The position numbers were made by a program, and so were the translations under genes. Shown here piece after piece: positions 57,972 through 64,000 of a stretch of DNA of 64,000 bases; within the stretch, counting starts at the first letter, position 1, and each line of letters begins with the position of its first letter. The notes below the pieces were generated by a model. It was not told the DNA's origin and ran no database searches. It saw only the letters and a list, made by a program, of their open reading frames with translations. Origin of the DNA: Alloascoidea hylecoeti (lineage: Eukaryota); contig BCKZ01000040.1 in the NCBI GenBank assembly GCA_001600815.1, positions 1-64,000 on the forward strand, written 5' to 3'.

Positions 57972-60857
57972 TTAATCAATTTTAGTATTATATGAAGTAA
58001 TTCTTTGTTCTCCTCGAAAATAATTTAATTTCGATAATATATAATCATAATAAGATTGAATAATTGATGTTTCATCCTTATCTTTCATTTTTTGATCTCC
58101 ATTTTCTTCAGAATCTTGCAACAAATTCTCATCATTATCAGTACTTTTTGTTAAAGTAATAATTGAAGATTTTTTTTTATCCTCCAATTGATTTTCTTGT
58201 TCTTTAATTTTATCTTTATCTAATTGTAAATTATGGGAAGTATCTTCAATATCACAATATTTTGAAATTGCATCTTCTAAATATTCAACTTTTGAAACAA
58301 ATTCTTCAACACAATCTTCAACATCTCTAACCCTTCTTGTTAATGATCTTAATTCATATTGTAATCTTAAACCAATTGCATTAACTTCCTTACTTTTTAA
58401 TTCTAATAATTTAGATTCTTGTGTTTTTTCATTTCTTAATTCATTTAATTTATTTAATTCTAAATTTAATCGATCTGATTCTGAAATTGAATATTGAACC
58501 ATTGAATTATAATTAAGAAATACATTATCGAAATTGATTGCATCTAATGAATATTGTTTTCCTAAATTTTCAATTTCATTTATTTCATTTGATATTGTTA
58601 TTGGTGTAATTAAACCTTGTGCGGGATAATATAAGACTGCTTCATCAATTATTGAAAAACTAACACGACGACGATTACTAAGACGTTCTTGTTCTGGTAG
58701 ATTAGTTAATAGTAAACAAGATGATGAAGAAATGGATGGGAAAGAATTTCGTCGTTTTAACTCAGATCGAAACTGTTGTTTCCATGGATCTTTTTCTTTG
58801 AAATTTTTATTTTTATTTATATGAGTAAAATTTCTTTGCCTTTCAGTATAGTAACCCCTTCTAAGATCATTATCAGTTTCATAACCATTACCATCAATTT
58901 CACTTTCAGAAGTTGCTGAATATTCATGATCTAAACGCATTTCATTTTTTCTATCACGACGATGAGGTCGACCTCTTTTTAATTTTCGAACAGCTCTTTC
59001 ACGACGACTTTTATGATGTGATGTACTTGAATTATTCGTTAATAGTGCTCGTATTTCTGAAACATCACTGTTACCACTGGTACCATTTGAATGTGAATAT
59101 TCACTATCATAACTAGGTATTTTAGAAGGTAAAAGATTTGATGAATTTGCTAGGCCATATAAATGTGATGGATTGGAATTATTTGATTCTGTAGATGGTG
59201 ATTTTGTAAGTAAATTAGAATTAGAATTATTATTTGAGATATTATTTTCATTATTGGTATTATCATCATTAACACTACCATTTTCATTAGAATTAACAGT
59301 TTTAATAATATTATTATTATTATTAATAGTAGTAGTAGTAGTAGTAGTAGTAGTAGGATTTAAAATATTAGAATCAATTAATGTTGGTTTCCTTGAATGT
59401 AAACCTTTAATTTTCCCCATACTATATTTTATTGCATCATCAGTTTTTGATTTCTGATTTGAGACTGATTTGATTACTGATTTATAATTTAAAGAACTAC
59501 TTCCAACAGTCGAACTTGTTGATGCTCGGGGTTGATTATTCATAGATGTATCAGGAGTTGGATTATTTGTGTTTTGAACAAGAGGAATAGTGTTAGTTGA
59601 AGGTATTTTATTATGAGTCTGTTGATTTAAAGCTCGTAAAAATGAATCAATATTAAATGTTGGATTTGGAGATGAACCTTTACCATTCCATAAATAAATT
59701 AAAGATGAACCATGAATATGTTTTATCATTTTTTCAATATCAACAGTTTCTGTGTCAGATGGATTTTGAGATGTTTTACCTGATATATCTTGTACTCTAT
59801 TCTTAACAACTTTTCCAAATCTTAAAATTTCATGTTGGGAACCTTTTTTAGCAGGTAAGAATAATTTCTCCATTGTTTCATGATCTAATTTCATAGATTT
59901 TCTTAAACCAAGTTGTCTTTGGTATTGACCTATAGTAAATATCATCTGATCTACTTCAAAACAATCTTTTGGGGCATAGATTCCAGATGCACTTAATCTG
60001 ATTCTAGCAGATAAAACCATACCAATCACTGCAGAAACAGTGGCTGGAGAAAAAGCATTTTGATTTGGCTTTATGGGGAAATGAAGATGTGGACCACCTA
60101 TTTGGATCCACCATTTTTTAATAGCTTCAATTGTTTTATCACATAATAAACCATCAATGTAATTAGGAGTCAATAAATCAAAGTAAAAAAGTGCAACCTG
60201 AATTAAGAAAACTAGTTGACGGACCGAATAATTTATTGGAATTTTTGTACTAACACGATATAATTGTTGGAATTTATTCTCAGAAGTTGAAGAAGGAGCG
60301 GAAAGTAATAAAGCCGACCTTCCAGCACAATTCATCCGCCGCAGGTTGATATTTAACAGAAACACTTCCCAAGCATTAGCAGCATCTCCAGAAGTAACGG
60401 CAACGAGGTTTAGATTTGAAGGAAATGAAGATAAATTGGTTACAAACAATATTCCATCTTTTGTTTCTTTCGGTCTGGCATGACAATTCATGAGTTCACT
60501 GAAATATCGTTTTAGCTTATCAGACCATAAATTTCGATCTTTTGGTACTTTTAACACTCTTGCCTTCATGGTATGATACATATTACCAGTAAAACTGGTT
60601 ATAACAGTTAAAATCTTTCGTTCACAAGCCCACTGTTCTACGAAATAAATTTCAAAGCCAGGAATTTCAAGATTTTTTTCAAGGCATTGACACAAGTCTT
60701 CGTGATGTAGATACTGCAAGGCTTGGTAATCACTAAACAAGTACTGGACAGTCTCAATGTTCGCGGCCAGTTCCAGCTGGTGGTTGTGTGCGGATCTCAT
60801 GGAGGCCTCGTGAATGGCTCGCTCAGCCATCCGTTTGTCCAACAGAACCGGAAACAT
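57972..60857 (-). CDS. STB6: Stb2/Stb6-family (Sin3-binding) protein
   Basis: GFEIYFVEQWACER...ITSFTGN, FVTNLSSFPS, INLRRMNCAGRS, DGLLCD; C-terminal coiled coil. Confidence 0.85.
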   Translation of the reverse strand: MFPVLLDKRMAERAIHEASMRSAHNHQLELAANIETVQYLFSDYQALQYLHHEDLCQCLEKNLEIPGFEIYFVEQWACERKILTVITSFTGNMYHTMKARVLKVPKDRNLWSDKLKRYFSELMNCHARPKETKDGILFVTNLSSFPSNLNLVAVTSGDAANAWEVFLLNINLRRMNCAGRSALLLSAPSSTSENKFQQLYRVSTKIPINYSVRQLVFLIQVALFYFDLLTPNYIDGLLCDKTIEAIKKWWIQIGGPHLHFPIKPNQNAFSPATVSAVIGMVLSARIRLSASGIYAPKDCFEVDQMIFTIGQYQRQLGLRKSMKLDHETMEKLFLPAKKGSQHEILRFGKVVKNRVQDISGKTSQNPSDTETVDIEKMIKHIHGSSLIYLWNGKGSSPNPTFNIDSFLRALNQQTHNKIPSTNTIPLVQNTNNPTPDTSMNNQPRASTSSTVGSSSLNYKSVIKSVSNQKSKTDDAIKYSMGKIKGLHSRKPTLIDSNILNPTTTTTTTTTINNNNNIIKTVNSNENGSVNDDNTNNENNISNNNSNSNLLTKSPSTESNNSNPSHLYGLANSSNLLPSKIPSYDSEYSHSNGTSGNSDVSEIRALLTNNSSTSHHKSRRERAVRKLKRGRPHRRDRKNEMRLDHEYSATSESEIDGNGYETDNDLRRGYYTERQRNFTHINKNKNFKEKDPWKQQFRSELKRRNSFPSISSSSCLLLTNLPEQERLSNRRRVSFSIIDEAVLYYPAQGLITPITISNEINEIENLGKQYSLDAINFDNVFLNYNSMVQYSISESDRLNLELNKLNELRNEKTQESKLLELKSKEVNAIGLRLQYELRSLTRRVRDVEDCVEEFVSKVEYLEDAISKYCDIEDTSHNLQLDKDKIKEQENQLEDKKKSSIITLTKSTDNDENLLQDSEENGDQKMKDKDETSIIQSYYDYILSKLNYFRGEQRITSYNTKID

Positions 60858-61004
60858 TGATTTTTGAAGGTTTGATGTTTAATTTATGATAATTTAATAT
60901 TTGAGGAGTTGTTGTATGCTGATAGTGAAACACCCACACATCTGTTACGATAGAAACACTCTAAATGCCAAACCTTCTTCACCGAAACTCCACGATATCC
61001 AGAA

Positions 61005-63733
61005 ATGCCCGAAAAAGAGGCAATGTTCCGTATGTTTTGTCTTGGACTTTCTTTGTGGTTGGAGGTGTTAAATTTCTAACCGATTGCAATTCTTAGGCTC
61101 TGCGGAAATGTCACTTGTACAAATATACATCGCTACCGAAATTTCACGGGAAGTGGTGTCTACTTTGGGTCAACTTGGAACTGTTCAATTTAGAGATGTA
61201 TGCTACTCCATGTCTATAATTCTGCTTAGATGGTTGGCACTAATATAATTTGTTATAGTTAAACTCCAACTTTACAATGTTTCAAAGAGCATTTGTGAAG
61301 GAGATACGGAGACTGGATAATGTGCAAAGACAACTAAGTATGCCATTCCTACACATACTTACATTGATCCTTTAAATCTAAATCTAACACCAATTTTGTT
61401 TATTAGGGTATCTGGGAACGGTTATATCAAATCGAAATCTTAAGGTTCATCCGGCTCCATTAGATATGAATATGACTTATACTACTCCATCTTCAAGTGA
61501 AATTGATGACTTAGTAGAACGGGTTCAACTTCTTGAAGATAGAGTATCTCAACTTGACAATTCATATGAAAATTTAAAATTACAAAAACAGAAACTATTT
61601 GAAGAAAGAGAAGTTATAATAAATACTAGAAATTTCATAGCTTCTTCTAATGATATAGTATCTGCTGTTCGAAATTCATTGGATTTAGATGATGAAGGTG
61701 ATGTACCACTTCTTGCTAATGCTTTAGAACAAGGAAGAGGTCCTGCTGCCTCACATCCTACAATAACAGACTTACAGATTGGCCTTATTGCGGGTGTTAT
61801 TCCTAGAGAAAAAGTTTCACATTTACAAACAATATTATGGAGAGTACTTCGTGGTAATTTATATTTTCATCATATTCCAATTGATGAACCTTCAACAAAT
61901 GAAAAAACAAACAAAGAATATTATTTAGATGTTATTATGATTTTTACGCATGGTGAATCGATTGTATCAAAAGTGAAAAAAGTTATTGATTCTTTAGATG
62001 GTAAAATTTATAATGTTGATGAAAATTCAATTGTTCGTCAACAATCATTACAAGATGTAAACAGAAGACTTGATGAATTAAATATTGTTATAAATAGTAC
62101 ATGGACAGCACTTACAACAGAATTATATTTACTATGTGATCAAATATCAATATGGTCAGTCATTATTAAAAAGGAAAAATCAATTTTTGCAACACTTAAT
62201 TTATTCATGTATGACCCAACACATCGAAGTTTAATTGCTGAAGGTTGGGTACCAACATATGATATACCATCACTTAAAAATTCAGTTAGAGATATTACAG
62301 ATAGAGCTGGTATTCGAATACCTTCAGTTATTAATGAATTAGTTACAAATAGAACACCACCAACTTTTCATAGAACAAATAAATTTACATCTGCTTTTCA
62401 AGCAATTTGTGATTCTTATGGTATATGTACTTATCAAGAAGTTAATCCTGGTTTAGCAACTATTATAACTTTTCCTTTTATGTTTGCAATTATGTTTGGT
62501 GATATGGGCCATGGGTTTATATTATTTTTAGCTTCTTTAACAATGGTTTTATTTGAAAAAAAAATGGGTCTTATAACATTAGATGAAATTACTGGAATGG
62601 CTTATTCAGGACGTTATATGTTATTATTAATGGGTTTATTTTCAATGTATACTGGTTTACTTTATAATGATATTTTTTCAAAATCAATGAATTTATTTAA
62701 ATCTGGCTGGAAATGGCCAAATGAATGGGAAATTGGTGATACAATTTATGGTGAAAAAATTGGTGTTTATGCCTTTGGTTTAGATCCTTCTTGGCATGGA
62801 ACTGAAAATAATTTAATTTTTACAAATTCTTATAAAATGAAATTATCAATTTTAATGGGGTTTGTTCATATGACTTATAGCTTATCATTTTCTTTTATTA
62901 ATTATAAATTTTTTAAATCAAAAATTGATATTATTGGAAATTTTATACCAAGTATGTTATTTATGCAAAGTATATTTGGTTATTTATCAATAACAATTAT
63001 TTATAAATGGTGTGTTGATTGGATCAAAATTGAAAAACCTGCTCCTGGTTTATTAAATATGTTAATTAATATGTTTTTATCTCCTGGTTCAATTTCTGAT
63101 CAACTTTATCCTGGTCAAAAATTCATACAACAATTTTTAGTATTAATTGCTCTTATTTGTATACCATGGTTATTATTATTAAAACCTTTTTGGTTACGTC
63201 GAGAACATCAAAATAGTGATAGAACTGGTTATGCACATGTTGCTGATGATAGTGGTCTTGAAGAATTATTACTTGATGATCATGATAATGGTAGTGAATC
63301 TGGTCAAATGATAATTCAAGATGTTGAACAACCAAAGGAATTTGTTTTTGGAGATGTTATGATTCATCAAGTAATTCATACAATTGAATTTTGTTTAAAT
63401 TGTGTTTCACATACTGCATCTTATCTACGTCTTTGGGCTCTATCTTTAGCTCATGGTCAATTATCTTCTGTATTATGGACAATGACTATTGGGAATGCAT
63501 TTGGACCAACAGGTACAAAAGGTACCATCATTGTTGTATGCTTATTTGCAATGTGGTTTACATTAACTATTTGTATTTTGGTTGTTATGGAAGGAACTAG
63601 TGCAATGTTACATGCTTTAAGGCTTCATTGGGTTGAAGCAATGTCTAAATTTTTTGAAGGTGAAGGATATCCTTATGAACCATATTCATTTGAAAGTGTT
63701 TTAGAAAATGAATCCGACAATGATGGATTATAA
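61005..63733 (+). CDS. VPH1: V-ATPase V0 subunit a, 843 aa; exons 61005-61029, 61097-61197, 61259-61337, 61407-63733
   Basis: [54 protein letters not shown]; three introns keep the frame. Confidence 0.95.
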
Positions 63734-64000
63734 TCACTTACCTATCTAAATGTTTTAATTCATATAAAGTGAATAAATGTTAGATTATTTAAATTTGGTA
63801 TTGATATCATCAGTTACTCTATTTTCTACTTCGCCATATTCTTATGATGTGGTTATTGGATAATTATGATACCAGTATTACTATTGAGTCTTATATATAA
63901 AAGTTTCTGTAACAAATACTGCTATAACTTATAATCTAAAATTTAAAGTATATATATAGATTTAATATCTCTATCTCATTCGACTTAACTTCTGCCATGT

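Overview
AT-rich nuclear DNA of a budding-yeast-type fungus (Saccharomycotina). It uses the standard code (CTG=Leu at conserved sites), has short spliceosomal introns and retains complex I. Core genes: a ROX1/RFG1-family HMG-box transcription factor with a ~9 kb gene-free upstream region, tRNA-Ala(UGC), MAS1, HMO1, a SPRY-LisH-CTLH GID subunit, PalC, a Mep1/3-type ammonium transporter, POR1, NUP57, NDUFA8, CTF4, FCY1, COG2, a DUF2408 protein, STB2/6 and VPH1. Two accessory zones (about 1-6.4 kb and 26.7-34 kb) hold copies of a PD-(D/E)xK nuclease-like gene family linked to a protein kinase domain, a 23-bp-period motif array, a Tc1/IS630 relic, an F-box gene, an HSP90 fragment and a broken arrestin-fold gene; a separate L1-type relic lies next to the tRNA at 20.2-20.9 kb. 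The most notable observations are (1) a ~420-nt highly structured candidate ncRNA of unknown class downstream of POR1, (2) an apparently catalytically dead thymidylate-kinase-like domain fused to the Rox1-type HMG factor, and (3) the repeated nuclease+kinase (Crinkler-like) family with a large local inversion. All homology calls come from recalled motifs; no database searches or folding programs were run.
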